From Candidatus Pacearchaeota archaeon (GTDB lineage Archaea; Nanobdellota; Nanobdellia; Pacearchaeales; GW2011-AR1), in assembly GCA_026395815.1 (NCBI GenBank), contig JAPLXZ010000016.1, forward strand, positions 51,698 through 115,697: a stretch of 64,000 nucleotides of DNA, given 5' to 3'. The notes beneath the pieces are model-generated. The model saw only the letters and a program-made list of their open reading frames with translations. It made no database searches and was not told the DNA's origin. Of the stretch, positions 30,917-40,268 are shown in pieces. The position numbers and the translations under genes were made by a program. Numbering within the stretch: position 1 is the stretch's first letter; each line of letters starts with the position of its first letter.

Positions 30917-32110
30917 TTAATCAAGTCGTTTGTGCAATGACTTTTTAATTATGTAAATGTCGTCATTTTTCCTTACTTTTGAAACTTTTAGTCCTATCTC
31001 CATCCCTTTTTCTGCTTTCTTAATTATTTTATTATTAATCTGCATTGATTCAATTCTTGAATTTACTATTCCTGTTGCACTTCCAATTATTACAATTTCA
31101 TCTCCTACTTTTAATTCAGAAACTAATCTTATTGCTGCAACTCCGGCCTTATCAAAATAATGGGTAACTTTTCCAACAAAATGTTTCATTTCTTCAGAAG
31201 CGTTATGCTCTATTCTCGCGAAATCATCTGATGTTGGAAGATGTAAATAAAAACCAGAAGAGAATCCTTTATTATAAACTCTCTTCAATTCTCTAATCCC
31301 TTCTCTAATTTCTTCTTCATTTAAGGCTTTATCGAGTGCCTTTCTATAGATTCTTACTACAACATCAACATACCTTGGATCTCTGTTTCTTCCTTCTATC
31401 TTAAACGCCCTTATTCCTGCTTGTTTCATCTTTTCAATAAATGGTAGGGTGCAGAGGTCTTTCGCTGAAAGAATCTTGTTGTTTTCAAGTCTCAATTCAT
31501 TTCCTTCATCATCTTTTACAACATAACTTCTTCTGCATGGATGCAAGCATTCTCCACGATTTGCAGATTTATCGAATAAGAATTGAGAAGTAAGACATCT
31601 TCCAGAAATAGCAGTGCACATAGCTCCATGAACAAAGCATTCTATATCAATAACTTTTGATATCTCTTTAATCTGCTTTAAATTTAGCTCACGAGCAAGA
31701 ATAATTCTTTTTGCTCCCAACTTCTTGTAAAATCTTGCTGCTTCTATGTTTGAAACACTTGCTTGCGTAGAAATAAAAAAAGGAATTTTATTCTTTTTGC
31801 AAACTTGAATTACTGCCATGTCCCAGCAGATTATTGCATCGACTTTTCCCCTTACCTTTTTTATTGTTTCACCTATTTCCGTTAATTCGCTATTGTAAAT
31901 AATAGTGTTTAATGTCAAGTATCTCTTCACTTTCTTTGGCTTACATATCCCTTCTATTTTATCTAAGTCTTCTATTGTAAAATTTCCTGCATTTGCTCTC
32001 ATCGAAAATTCTTTCAGTCCAAAATAGACAGCGTCTACTCCTGCATTGACAGCAGCAACAAGCATTGCAAAATCTCCTGCAGGTGCCAATAACTCATATT
32101 TGTTTTTCAT
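30917..32110 (-). CDS. peptidase U32 family protein
   Basis: N-terminus ELLAPAGDFAMLVAAVNAGVDAVYFG is typical of U32, with conserved Cys residues mid-protein. Confidence 0.8.
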   Translation of the reverse strand: MKNKYELLAPAGDFAMLVAAVNAGVDAVYFGLKEFSMRANAGNFTIEDLDKIEGICKPKKVKRYLTLNTIIYNSELTEIGETIKKVRGKVDAIICWDMAVIQVCKKNKIPFFISTQASVSNIEAARFYKKLGAKRIILARELNLKQIKEISKVIDIECFVHGAMCTAISGRCLTSQFLFDKSANRGECLHPCRRSYVVKDDEGNELRLENNKILSAKDLCTLPFIEKMKQAGIRAFKIEGRNRDPRYVDVVVRIYRKALDKALNEEEIREGIRELKRVYNKGFSSGFYLHLPTSDDFARIEHNASEEMKHFVGKVTHYFDKAGVAAIRLVSELKVGDEIVIIGSATGIVNSRIESMQINNKIIKKAEKGMEIGLKVSKVRKNDDIYIIKKSLHKRLD

Positions 32111-32361
32111 TTTAATAAAGTTTCATATTGGTTAACTTTAAAAACTCTTTGAAATTGATGTTTTTATGACAGCTAAAATGTCTTACTGCCGGCATCATTA
32201 GGAACGATTTTTTTAGCTGTGCGAATATTTTTATACCTTTTCTTCTTAAATTAAATATAGATACCTTGGTTATGCGATTTCCATCGGAGGCAATTGAAGA
32301 AATCGTTTCTTCAGTGCTTAAAAGGAAATTGAGTGTTAAGAAACCGCAGGTGTCTTACAAT

Positions 32362-32433
32362 GGCGGTTGTAGTTCAGTGGCAGAACGTGCGACTGTGGCT
32401 CGCATAACGGGAGTCCGATTCTCCCCATCCGCC
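32362..32433 (+). tRNA. tRNA-His (anticodon GUG) with genomically encoded G-1
   Basis: 72-nt cloverleaf: G-1 pairs with C73; acceptor GCGGTTG/CATCCGC (one U-U mismatch); D-arm GTTC-AGTGGCA-GAAC; anticodon stem TGCGA/TCGCA with loop CTGTGGC; T-arm GGGAG-TCCGATT-CTCCC. No encoded CCA. It lies inside ORF-track entry 32266..32889. Confidence 0.75.
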
Positions 32434-32457
32434 CTCGAACGAAACAAACAAAAGAAA

Positions 32458-32889
32458 ATGGAAAAAATAAACATCCTATTTGTATGCAGGTATAATCGCT
32501 TTAGAAGCAGAATTGCAGAAGCTTATTTTAATAAAATAAACAAGAACAAGAATATTAAAGCTAAAAGTGCTGGATTAATTAAAGGACAATCATTAAGCGC
32601 CCGTACTATGCAGATAGCTAAGGAATTTGGCTTGGACATAAAGGGGAGAGTAAGTGGATTAACTTCAAAGGTAATGGCTTGGCAGAATGTGACAGTTGTT
32701 GTTGCTGATAATGTTCCTCCGCAGGTATTTGATAAAAATAAAAGATACGGAAAAAAAGTAATTGTCTGGTCTATTAAAGATATTAATGAAGGTAATGACA
32801 GAGTTATCAAAGAAATAATTAAAAACATAATTAAAAGAACAGAAGAATTAAATAAACAATTAAACAAAAGCCTGGAGAATAAAAAATAA
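32458..32889 (+). CDS. low-molecular-weight phosphotyrosine phosphatase/arsenate-reductase-like protein
   Basis: MEKINILFVCRYNRFRS carries a CX5R P-loop at the N-terminus. The start was chosen at the internal ATG downstream of the tRNA. Confidence 0.65.
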   Translation: MEKINILFVCRYNRFRSRIAEAYFNKINKNKNIKAKSAGLIKGQSLSARTMQIAKEFGLDIKGRVSGLTSKVMAWQNVTVVVADNVPPQVFDKNKRYGKKVIVWSIKDINEGNDRVIKEIIKNIIKRTEELNKQLNKSLENKK

Positions 32890-32890
32890 A

Positions 32891-34036
32891 ATGGAACTTG
32901 TTAAAGGTTTTAAGGATTTTACAGGAGAGGAAGCTGAAAAAAGACAGAGAATAAAAGGAATATTGGCTGAAACTTTCAAAAAATATGGATTTGAACTTGC
33001 TGACACTCCAATAATAGAAGAAGAGAATTTTGTCAGAGGAGAAAACAATAATGATGAAGCAGTCAGTGATGTTTATAGATTAAAAGACAAGGGAAACAGG
33101 GAACTTGCTTTGAGATATGAATTTACATTTCAATTGAAGAGAATTGTAAAAAACAAAAAACTTCCTTACAAGAGATATCAAATTGGAGAAGTTTTCAGAG
33201 ACGAGCCTTCTAATTCCAGAAGATTCAGGCAGTTTACCCAATGTGATATTGACATTGTTGGAATGAATTCAGAAACATGGAAGGATGAAGCAGAAATCTT
33301 GGCGATTGCAAAAGAAGTTCTGAATAAATTGGATATTAATTATGATATCTACATTGGTAATAGAAAATTAATCAATGAAATTCTTGAAGAAATAGGAATT
33401 AAAGCAAACAAAGAGCAAATATTAAGGGAAATTGATAAGCTTGATAAAATAGGAGAAAAAGAAATAAAAGAAAACTTAAAGAAACTTAAAGCAGAAAAAT
33501 TGCTCTCTATTTTCAAAAAGCCAGAAATTTACTTCAAAAAATACAAAGCATACAAGGAAATTGAAGAATTGAAAAAAATTTGCAAATATTATAATTTAAA
33601 AATAAATTTCCAGCCAAGTTTGGTAAGAGGATTAAGTTATTACAATGGGAATGTATTCGAGATAAAAAGCAAGGATATAAGAGAAACAATATGCGCTGGA
33701 GGAAGTTACGTGATAAATAATATACAATCAACAGGAATCTCTTTTGGACTTGACAGACTAGCAATCATTTCAAAGGTTAAGGCAAACAATAAAAAAATTC
33801 TTGTTTTGTCAATTGGAGAAGATAAAAAAGCAGTTGCTATAGCACAAAAACTAAGAGATAAAGGAGAAAATATTGTTTTATTTTATGGGAAGCCTACAAG
33901 GGCTCTTGATTACGCTAATAGTTATGGAATTAACAAAGTTATATTCGTAGGAAAAGAGGAAATCAAGAAAGGAAAGATGAAGATTAAAGATATGGAGACA
34001 GGAAAGGAAAAATATATTAATATAAGTAAATTATGA
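32891..34036 (+). CDS. hisS: histidyl-tRNA synthetase (class II)
   Basis: Motif-2-like RRFRQFTQCDIDIVG and CAGGSY (GGRYD-type). 381 aa; it lies directly downstream of tRNA-His. Confidence 0.8.
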   Translation: MELVKGFKDFTGEEAEKRQRIKGILAETFKKYGFELADTPIIEEENFVRGENNNDEAVSDVYRLKDKGNRELALRYEFTFQLKRIVKNKKLPYKRYQIGEVFRDEPSNSRRFRQFTQCDIDIVGMNSETWKDEAEILAIAKEVLNKLDINYDIYIGNRKLINEILEEIGIKANKEQILREIDKLDKIGEKEIKENLKKLKAEKLLSIFKKPEIYFKKYKAYKEIEELKKICKYYNLKINFQPSLVRGLSYYNGNVFEIKSKDIRETICAGGSYVINNIQSTGISFGLDRLAIISKVKANNKKILVLSIGEDKKAVAIAQKLRDKGENIVLFYGKPTRALDYANSYGINKVIFVGKEEIKKGKMKIKDMETGKEKYINISKL

Positions 34037-34317
34037 TTAATATGAAAAGAGGACGACTAACTTTTTGGGATATAATTGCATGGGCTGTTCTTGCAGGCAT
34101 CTTTATCTGGTTGATATTAAAAGTTTCTGGGATTATTAACACTCCTGAATTAATTGAATATGCTCCTATTTTTGGAGCGGTTTATCTCGTTGGTTGGGCA
34201 ATGCATAAACTTGACACTGCTTCTGATGATATAAAAGAACTAAAACATTTTTCAAAAGAAACTGTTAATAAAATTAACAGTATAAAAACAAAATGCATTA
34301 AAAATCATGGGAATTAA
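34033..34317 (+). CDS. small membrane protein
   Basis: 94 aa with two TM helices; overlaps the hisS stop. Confidence 0.4.
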   Translation: MINMKRGRLTFWDIIAWAVLAGIFIWLILKVSGIINTPELIEYAPIFGAVYLVGWAMHKLDTASDDIKELKHFSKETVNKINSIKTKCIKNHGN

Positions 34318-34349
34318 CTAATCTTCTTTTCTCCAAATATTTCCAACTT

Positions 34350-35120
34350 CTAAATATCTTCTTCTATCTCATTTAACATAATTTCTTTTAGTCTCTCTTC
34401 CAGCATCATCAGAAATTTACCTGTCATGCTTTGAACAGGCTTTTCAAGGACAAGCTTGTCAATTCCAAGATTATTAATTATTTCTCTTGCTTTATTTTTT
34501 GTTTTCCCAAAATCAACAAGAGAAAAAAGAATTGCATTTTTTATTTTTCCGTCTTTCATTACGATACTTTGAAGAAGTTCTTCTACATCTGTTAATTCTG
34601 TTTTTCTTTCGAATTTTACAACCCATGAATCAACTCTTGGAGGAGGAACAAATTCTTTTTTATCAACTTTCATAATTATTTTTATATTATAGAACAAATT
34701 CGCTATTACTCCTGCTTTAGTTTCCCTTCTTTCCAGAATTTCTTTGAAATTTTCCCCAAGCATCAAAACCATAAAATCTACTTCATCTTGAATTGCTTTC
34801 ATTATTATAGGTTCTGATAAAGAATAAGGAATATTTGAAACAATCTTGTTATATCCTTTCCAACTGTAATCTAAGGCATTGTCATAGATTACTGCAAGAT
34901 TTTCATTGTCTATTTCATCTAATCTCTTATTGAAACTTTTCTCTATTTCAAAAGCCAGGACATTCCCAGCTAATTCAACAATCTCTTTTGTCAGAACTCC
35001 TGTTCCTGCACCAATTTCAAGAACTTTATCCTCCTTTGAAAGTTTGGATTCTTTTATAATTCTTCCTATAATTTCATCATTCAAAAGCAGATGCTGGTCT
35101 TTTTCAGGATGAAGTTCCAT
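34350..35120 (-). CDS. rsmA: 16S rRNA (adenine-N6,N6)-dimethyltransferase KsgA/Dim1
   Basis: VLEIGAGTGVLT SAM-binding motif and NIPYSLSEPI. Confidence 0.85.
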   Translation of the reverse strand: MELHPEKDQHLLLNDEIIGRIIKESKLSKEDKVLEIGAGTGVLTKEIVELAGNVLAFEIEKSFNKRLDEIDNENLAVIYDNALDYSWKGYNKIVSNIPYSLSEPIIMKAIQDEVDFMVLMLGENFKEILERRETKAGVIANLFYNIKIIMKVDKKEFVPPPRVDSWVVKFERKTELTDVEELLQSIVMKDGKIKNAILFSLVDFGKTKNKAREIINNLGIDKLVLEKPVQSMTGKFLMMLEERLKEIMLNEIEEDI

Positions 35121-35127
35121 TTTTTTA

Positions 35128-35796
35128 TTATCCTATTTCTACCTCCATTCTCCAGGAATTTTTTTCTCCGAATATTTTTTTATTCTTTATTTTTAATGGT
35201 TTTTTGAAAAGAGGACAATCAACAACAAAAGTTTCAAATTCTCCTCCTTCTCCTGCAATATGAATCTTATACTTCTCATTTAAAATCTTGGCTTCTTTAA
35301 TAAATTTGTCATTAATAACTCTACCCAACCATGATTTGTCTAATGGAAAGGCGAATACTCCAGTTATAATCACTTTAAACTTGTTATCAATTAATTCTTG
35401 TAGATATTCCACTTCATTTTTCTGCCAAAGAGGATTAAAGCACTGCAATCCAAGGTTATCGCATATTCTTTTTATTCTTGAAAGTTGATAATCGCTTCTT
35501 ATTGCTCCTGTCACTAAAGTATCAATTTCATATTTTTCCTTAACTTGTTTGATCACTTCAGTTAAATCTTCCAGCTCTTTTTCCTTCACACCTTCTGTTT
35601 CCTTTGTTATTAATTGAATTCTCATAACGTTTGCCTGATGCCCTACTTGTGATATTGAAGGAGTATGAAACATATAGCTTTCTTTATTCTTAGAGAAGAT
35701 TGAAATAAGGCATGCTATATCATACCCTTTTTTCTTTGCTAAATACAAAGAATAGCACGAATCCTTTCCGCCCGAGAATAAAACTGCTGCTTTCAT
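35128..35796 (-). CDS. PP-loop ATPase, diphthine-ammonia ligase (Dph6/MJ0570-like)
   Basis: MKAAVLFSGGKDSCYSLY... has an SGGKDS PP-loop; 222 aa. Confidence 0.7.
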   Translation of the reverse strand: MKAAVLFSGGKDSCYSLYLAKKKGYDIACLISIFSKNKESYMFHTPSISQVGHQANVMRIQLITKETEGVKEKELEDLTEVIKQVKEKYEIDTLVTGAIRSDYQLSRIKRICDNLGLQCFNPLWQKNEVEYLQELIDNKFKVIITGVFAFPLDKSWLGRVINDKFIKEAKILNEKYKIHIAGEGGEFETFVVDCPLFKKPLKIKNKKIFGEKNSWRMEVEIG

Positions 35797-35826
35797 AAAT
35801 ATAATAAAAAAACCTTATTCTTTAAA

Positions 35827-36057
35827 TTATCTTTTTGAATTTATTGCCTTTTCCAAATCTTTCCCAACTACTTCCCAATCTCTTCTTAGATTTTCGCAAT
35901 CTTTTTTATAAGCTTCTTCATCAGAAAGAATTTTTATACGAAGATTATATTCAAATAAACTTGCCATTCCCTCGCCAATTGAATACAATCCTTCGCCAAT
36001 AGAAAATAATCCATTTAATAATAAATTTTTGACTGTTGTTAATGTAACTTTTCTCAT
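35827..36057 (-). CDS. hypothetical protein
   Basis: 76 aa; overlaps the scpA stop by 4 nt. Confidence 0.3.
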   Translation of the reverse strand: MRKVTLTTVKNLLLNGLFSIGEGLYSIGEGMASLFEYNLRIKILSDEEAYKKDCENLRRDWEVVGKDLEKAINSKR

Positions 36058-36929
36058 TCTCCAATAGGATTTTCAAATTCTTTATTTATCTTTTCAAGTC
36101 TTTCTTTTCCTTCTCTATCAAGTTCTTTCATTTCTTCTTCTAATCCTTTCTTTAAATCTGCAAATGGATCTGGATTGTTCTTGAGAAAAACTTCTTTCAG
36201 CCATATGTATATCTCGTCAAAATGTGTTTCTTGCTCAAGCCAAACTTTTTTCTGGTCTTCAAGATGAAGAAGGGGAAGGAAGGAAATTATTCTCTCTTCT
36301 CTTTCTTTTCCAATAAATTCTGTGTATGATACTTTCTTTTTCTCTTTGTTTTCTTTGAAATGGTCATACAAATCCCTGTAAGTTTCTCTTATCTTATCTT
36401 TTATGCTAAATTTCCTTTTGGGCAAGGAAAATGAACTTTCTATTAATGCGCTTCTTGTTACTATACTCTTCTTTATTCTTCTGTTTTCTGTAACAATTGC
36501 CTTATTCAAAGACTCAATTAATTCATTTAGAGTGACTTTTTTGAACCTTGGAAGAGGGCTTTTTGGGATTAATTCAGGGATTTCTTCATCTAAATCTATC
36601 CTTTCCAAAGCATGTTTTTTACCATCCTTTTTGCCAAAAAGAATTTCATCAATGCTTTTTATGTATTTATCCAAAAGAATCTCTGACTTGATTCTTAGAA
36701 GAAGGGATGCAGCAAGCAAAACCTTGCTGGAAACAAAAAAATCTGCTTCTTCTATCTGCCTTATTTTTTCTAAATACCTGTCTGCAAGGATTATTATATC
36801 GATATCCCACGGGTCTAATTGTTCTGTATTAATCAAATCATAAATAATTTCCTGCCACCCAATTTCTCGATTAAAGAGTAAATCATGAATCTGTTCTTGT
36901 TTTACGGATTTTTTTTCTTCTTTATTCAT
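36054..36929 (-). CDS. scpA: segregation and condensation protein A
   Basis: IHDLLFN...LDPWDIDIIILADRYLEKI...LLAASLLLRIKSEILL matches the ScpA kleisin N-terminal pattern. Confidence 0.75.
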   Translation of the reverse strand: MNKEEKKSVKQEQIHDLLFNREIGWQEIIYDLINTEQLDPWDIDIIILADRYLEKIRQIEEADFFVSSKVLLAASLLLRIKSEILLDKYIKSIDEILFGKKDGKKHALERIDLDEEIPELIPKSPLPRFKKVTLNELIESLNKAIVTENRRIKKSIVTRSALIESSFSLPKRKFSIKDKIRETYRDLYDHFKENKEKKKVSYTEFIGKEREERIISFLPLLHLEDQKKVWLEQETHFDEIYIWLKEVFLKNNPDPFADLKKGLEEEMKELDREGKERLEKINKEFENPIGE

Positions 36930-37264
36930 ATTTTATTTAAGAAAAAGGCTTTTATAATTGTTTGTAGTGCCTAATAACCTTCTATTGTAGTGCCTAATTA
37001 TTTAATGATTGAAATAAGAATTCACTACTTTATATTAAGTACCGCATGTCATTTTTTAAGGGTAACAAAATAGAAAGATTTATATAGAGGCATATCTTGG
37101 ATTTTCTATCACCTCTTTTTCCCCAGGAGAGGCTTCAAGTTATCTTTTTGATCAACTTGAAGAATCTCCCAGGGTTATAATCAATTCATATGAAGAGATG
37201 AAACCCGTAGGAAGAGGCGAATGCCGAAATTCAATCGGGTTTGAAATGATTATTAATTGTTAAG

Positions 37265-37313
37265 TAATCCAGTCTAAAATCTGGCACTGTTAATTGTTTT
37301 TAATCTTATTTCT
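37265..37313 (+). repeat. 49-bp perfect direct repeat, copy 1 (taatccagtctaaaatctggcactgttaattgtttttaatcttatttct)
   Basis: Identical copy at 38856..38904; together they bracket the radical-SAM gene. Confidence 0.8.
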
Positions 37314-37324
37314 CTATATCAAAA

Positions 37325-38821
37325 TCATCTTCCAAGGTAATACTTATTTATTGTAAATCTAAAAGCATTATCTATTTCCAATCCATATTTAACCCTGTAA
37401 TAAACAAAAAAAGCCAGCAGGTCCCATAAAAAGACGAATCCTTTCATTCTTATCCCCCTTGACAGATATTTTTTAATCTGATAAATACGAATATTTCTCA
37501 CAATCTTTTTGATTTGCTTTCTTGTGGTATATTTAGTTCTTATTACTGGATCTATATACATTTCGTGAGAATTTCTAAATCCTTCTTGCTCTATCAAGCC
37601 TTCTTTTTCGCATAATTCTTTCATTTCAGTTTCTGGAAGAGGCATTAGTATTGCAAAGAGTTCATAATCAGCATTGATTTTATCTGCTAAATCTACAGTT
37701 TCCTTTATCATCTCTGGAGTTTCATAAGGCGCGCCTACTATGAAATTCAACCTTACACGAATCCCATATTTTTTTGCTATATTTACTGCATTGAATATCT
37801 GTTCCTTGCTTATGTCTTTTTTATAGACTTCATTTCTGATATAATCATTGCCTGCTTCAACACCCATTCTTACTTCATAGCAACCGGCATCTTTCATCGC
37901 ATTTATAATCTCGTCTGTTACTAAATTTGCTCTTACATTAGCGTTCCATTTGATTACTTTATCGAATCCCTTTTCCTTAAATTTTTTGCAGAAGTCAAAT
38001 ACAAACTTTTTGTTCAGTATGAATATGTCGTCGTAAAAGAAAAGGTATCTCATCCCCTTATTAGAATATTGCTTTATTCTTAATTCAATTTCATCTATAA
38101 TGCTCTTTACGCTTCTGAATCTCACATATTTTCCCTTTAATTTTTTCTTTATCGCATGGTTGCTGCAGTATGTGCAGTTATAAGGGCATCCTCTAGAAGC
38201 CATTATTGGTAAATTATGATTGCTTATCAAAAAATATTTTTTCAAATCATAATCATCAAAATCAGGAAAAGGCAATTTATCTAGATTTTGTATCAATTTC
38301 CTGTTGATATTCCTTATAATCTTCCCTTCTTTATCTTTATACCATATCCCTCTTACATTTTTGCAATTCAAATTTTTGTCCAATAATTCTTTTAATACTT
38401 CTTCTCCTTCACATGTGCATATCATATCTACTTCCTTATTGTTTATTGTTTGTTCAGGCATAAGAATAGCATGAATTCCCCCGTAAATTATTAAAAGATT
38501 ATAATTTTTTTTGATAAATCTCGTCATTCTTAATGCCTGATTATATGTAAAGCTCATTACAGAAAATCCGACTATATCTGGTTGGAATCTTTCTATTTTC
38601 ATTTTTAAATATTCCTTCCAATTTTTTTTGTTGAAGATAAAATCGGCTATCTCTGCTTTATGCTTTGTCCTATTATTCACATAAGATTTTAAAATTGCCA
38701 AAGACATGCTCGGCATTAAAGTATACCCTTCTATGTTTGGTTCGACTAATAAAATTTTCATCATATAACACAAAGTTAAACGTTTAAATAATTTATTGTA
38801 CAGAAAGAGGATAAATTCCAC
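37325..38821 (-). CDS. B12-binding domain radical SAM protein
   Basis: N-terminal B12-binding-like domain (MKILLVEPN...), CPYNCTYC (CxxxCxxC) motif; 498 aa. Confidence 0.85.
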   Translation of the reverse strand: MEFILFLYNKLFKRLTLCYMMKILLVEPNIEGYTLMPSMSLAILKSYVNNRTKHKAEIADFIFNKKNWKEYLKMKIERFQPDIVGFSVMSFTYNQALRMTRFIKKNYNLLIIYGGIHAILMPEQTINNKEVDMICTCEGEEVLKELLDKNLNCKNVRGIWYKDKEGKIIRNINRKLIQNLDKLPFPDFDDYDLKKYFLISNHNLPIMASRGCPYNCTYCSNHAIKKKLKGKYVRFRSVKSIIDEIELRIKQYSNKGMRYLFFYDDIFILNKKFVFDFCKKFKEKGFDKVIKWNANVRANLVTDEIINAMKDAGCYEVRMGVEAGNDYIRNEVYKKDISKEQIFNAVNIAKKYGIRVRLNFIVGAPYETPEMIKETVDLADKINADYELFAILMPLPETEMKELCEKEGLIEQEGFRNSHEMYIDPVIRTKYTTRKQIKKIVRNIRIYQIKKYLSRGIRMKGFVFLWDLLAFFVYYRVKYGLEIDNAFRFTINKYYLGR

Positions 38822-38855
38822 TTTTTGCTTTCAAACTCTGCTCGTTCGAAACTAT

Positions 38856-38904
38856 TAATCCAGTCTAAAATCTGGCACTGTTAATTGTTTTTAATCTTAT
38901 TTCT
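38856..38904 (+). repeat. 49-bp perfect direct repeat, copy 2
   Basis: Identical to 37265..37313. Confidence 0.8.
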
Positions 38905-38957
38905 TAAATCTTTTATTCTATAATTATCTTTTTAAATAAGGTTATAATTGAATCAAT

Positions 38958-39191
38958 ATGGAAAAGGCAAAATATTTTATTTATAAAATCCATTATGGAA
39001 TTCTTTCTAATTCAGACCTTTATACTGAAGTTTCAGATGAAGGTTTAACAGAAAGCGAATCCTTATTGAAAGAAGACATTAAAAAAAAGAGAAAATCTAT
39101 TGAAGGATATGTACTATATGGAATTGAAGGTACAGGACGTAAATCAGATAGAAAAGAAATTATATCCAATACACTTAATGTATTTAGTTAA
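38958..39191 (+). CDS. hypothetical protein
   Basis: 77-aa ORF. Confidence 0.3.
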   Translation: MEKAKYFIYKIHYGILSNSDLYTEVSDEGLTESESLLKEDIKKKRKSIEGYVLYGIEGTGRKSDRKEIISNTLNVFS

Positions 39192-39255
39192 TTCTTGATA
39201 TCTTATTGGGCTTTACTTTCAAACTCTGCTCGTTCGGGACTAAATGCGTTGAAAT

Positions 39256-39468
39256 CTATTGGGCTTTACTCTCAAACTCGGAATAATGGCATTTTCCACA
39301 ATACAATCTTTTTTGAGAATTCATCAGAAAAACTCCAGGACCGCAACGAGGGCAGAATTTTTCCCTTTTTACAACATTTCCTTCTATTTTATATTTAGTA
39401 TACTTCTTGCTAGTCGGTTTGTTCTTATGCGGTTTTTTCCCTTGTTTTACAGTTGCTTTTTTGCTCAT
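39256..39468 (-). CDS. rps27ae: 30S ribosomal protein S27ae (eS31)
   Basis: C-terminal zinc ribbon CPRCGPGVFLMNSQKRLYCGKCHY. Confidence 0.85.
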   Translation of the reverse strand: MSKKATVKQGKKPHKNKPTSKKYTKYKIEGNVVKREKFCPRCGPGVFLMNSQKRLYCGKCHYSEFESKAQ

Positions 39469-39758
39469 TTTATATTATCTGTTAGATTTATTCCACATTT
39501 TTCTTCTAAATTTATTTTTGTTCTTAAAACATCTTTTTTCTTTCCAATAATCTTTACACAATTACCTCCAGATAACACAGTAGTTCCTATGTTATGATGA
39601 TATAAAAAAATGACTCTATCAGGAAAGTAAGGATGACAATTGTACATGCCCTTATAAATCTCCCCGATACGAATTAATTCTTCAGAATCTTTGGGAAATC
39701 TTTCTTGCAAGATTATACTTATTGTTGGGTGGATATATTTTTTAGTAATTACTTTCAT
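39465..39758 (-). CDS. hypothetical protein between rps24e and rps27ae
   Basis: 97 aa at the position where many archaea carry a DUF359 gene. It is too short to call and no motif was recognised. Confidence 0.35.
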   Translation of the reverse strand: MKVITKKYIHPTISIILQERFPKDSEELIRIGEIYKGMYNCHPYFPDRVIFLYHHNIGTTVLSGGNCVKIIGKKKDVLRTKINLEEKCGINLTDNIK

Positions 39759-40075
39759 TTTTGTTCCCCTTTCTTTTCTGCTTTATTTTTCTCTTTTTTA
39801 GATTTTGGCTCTGTTTTTTCCTTGTCCTCTTTTGAAGCATAAACATTTGCAAAAATTACAAAATTATAAGAGCCGAATCTTCCTTTTATTTTCTTAATCT
39901 TTATGTTTTCTTGCTGCGTTGATAATTTTTCAGAAAGAAAACTTTCTACTTCCTGAATTTTTGGAGCAACATTTGACATAATGCTGATTTTTAATTCCTT
40001 TCTTTTGAATATTGGATTTTCTCTTTCTTCTAATATTTTGTATTCTTCCATTATGTAAATTCCCTGAATTTGCAT
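39755..40075 (-). CDS. rps24e: 30S ribosomal protein S24e
   Basis: ...ILEERENPIFKRKELKISI...KGRFGSYNFVIFANVYASKED matches the S24e pattern. Confidence 0.8.
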   Translation of the reverse strand: MQIQGIYIMEEYKILEERENPIFKRKELKISIMSNVAPKIQEVESFLSEKLSTQQENIKIKKIKGRFGSYNFVIFANVYASKEDKEKTEPKSKKEKNKAEKKGEQK

Positions 40076-40078
40076 TTA

Positions 40079-40267
40079 TTATCTAGTTTTAATTGCAAAA
40101 TTGCCCTTATCTTTTAATTTTAATTTCGGAGCAATTTCTGATTTTTCTGGATTTAATAAGACTATTCTTCCCTTGAATCCATCTGTTGATTCTTTTGATT
40201 CGCATTTTGGGCATTTTTCTCCTTCGTAAATTGTATTGCAGATTTTGCATGCCTTTTGTTTTGCCAT
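40079..40267 (-). CDS. spt4: transcription elongation factor Spt4 (RpoE'')
   Basis: 62 aa with zinc ribbon KACKICNTIY...CPKCES, then GRIVLLNPEKSEIA. Confidence 0.8.
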   Translation of the reverse strand: MAKQKACKICNTIYEGEKCPKCESKESTDGFKGRIVLLNPEKSEIAPKLKLKDKGNFAIKTR

Positions 40268-40268
40268 T

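Noticed and set aside
32266-32889. 207-aa ORF-track entry as a single protein
   Set aside because: Its N-terminal third contains a clean tRNA-His cloverleaf. The conserved LMW-PTP domain starts at an internal ATG (32458) downstream of the tRNA, so the long ORF is an artefact of read-through.
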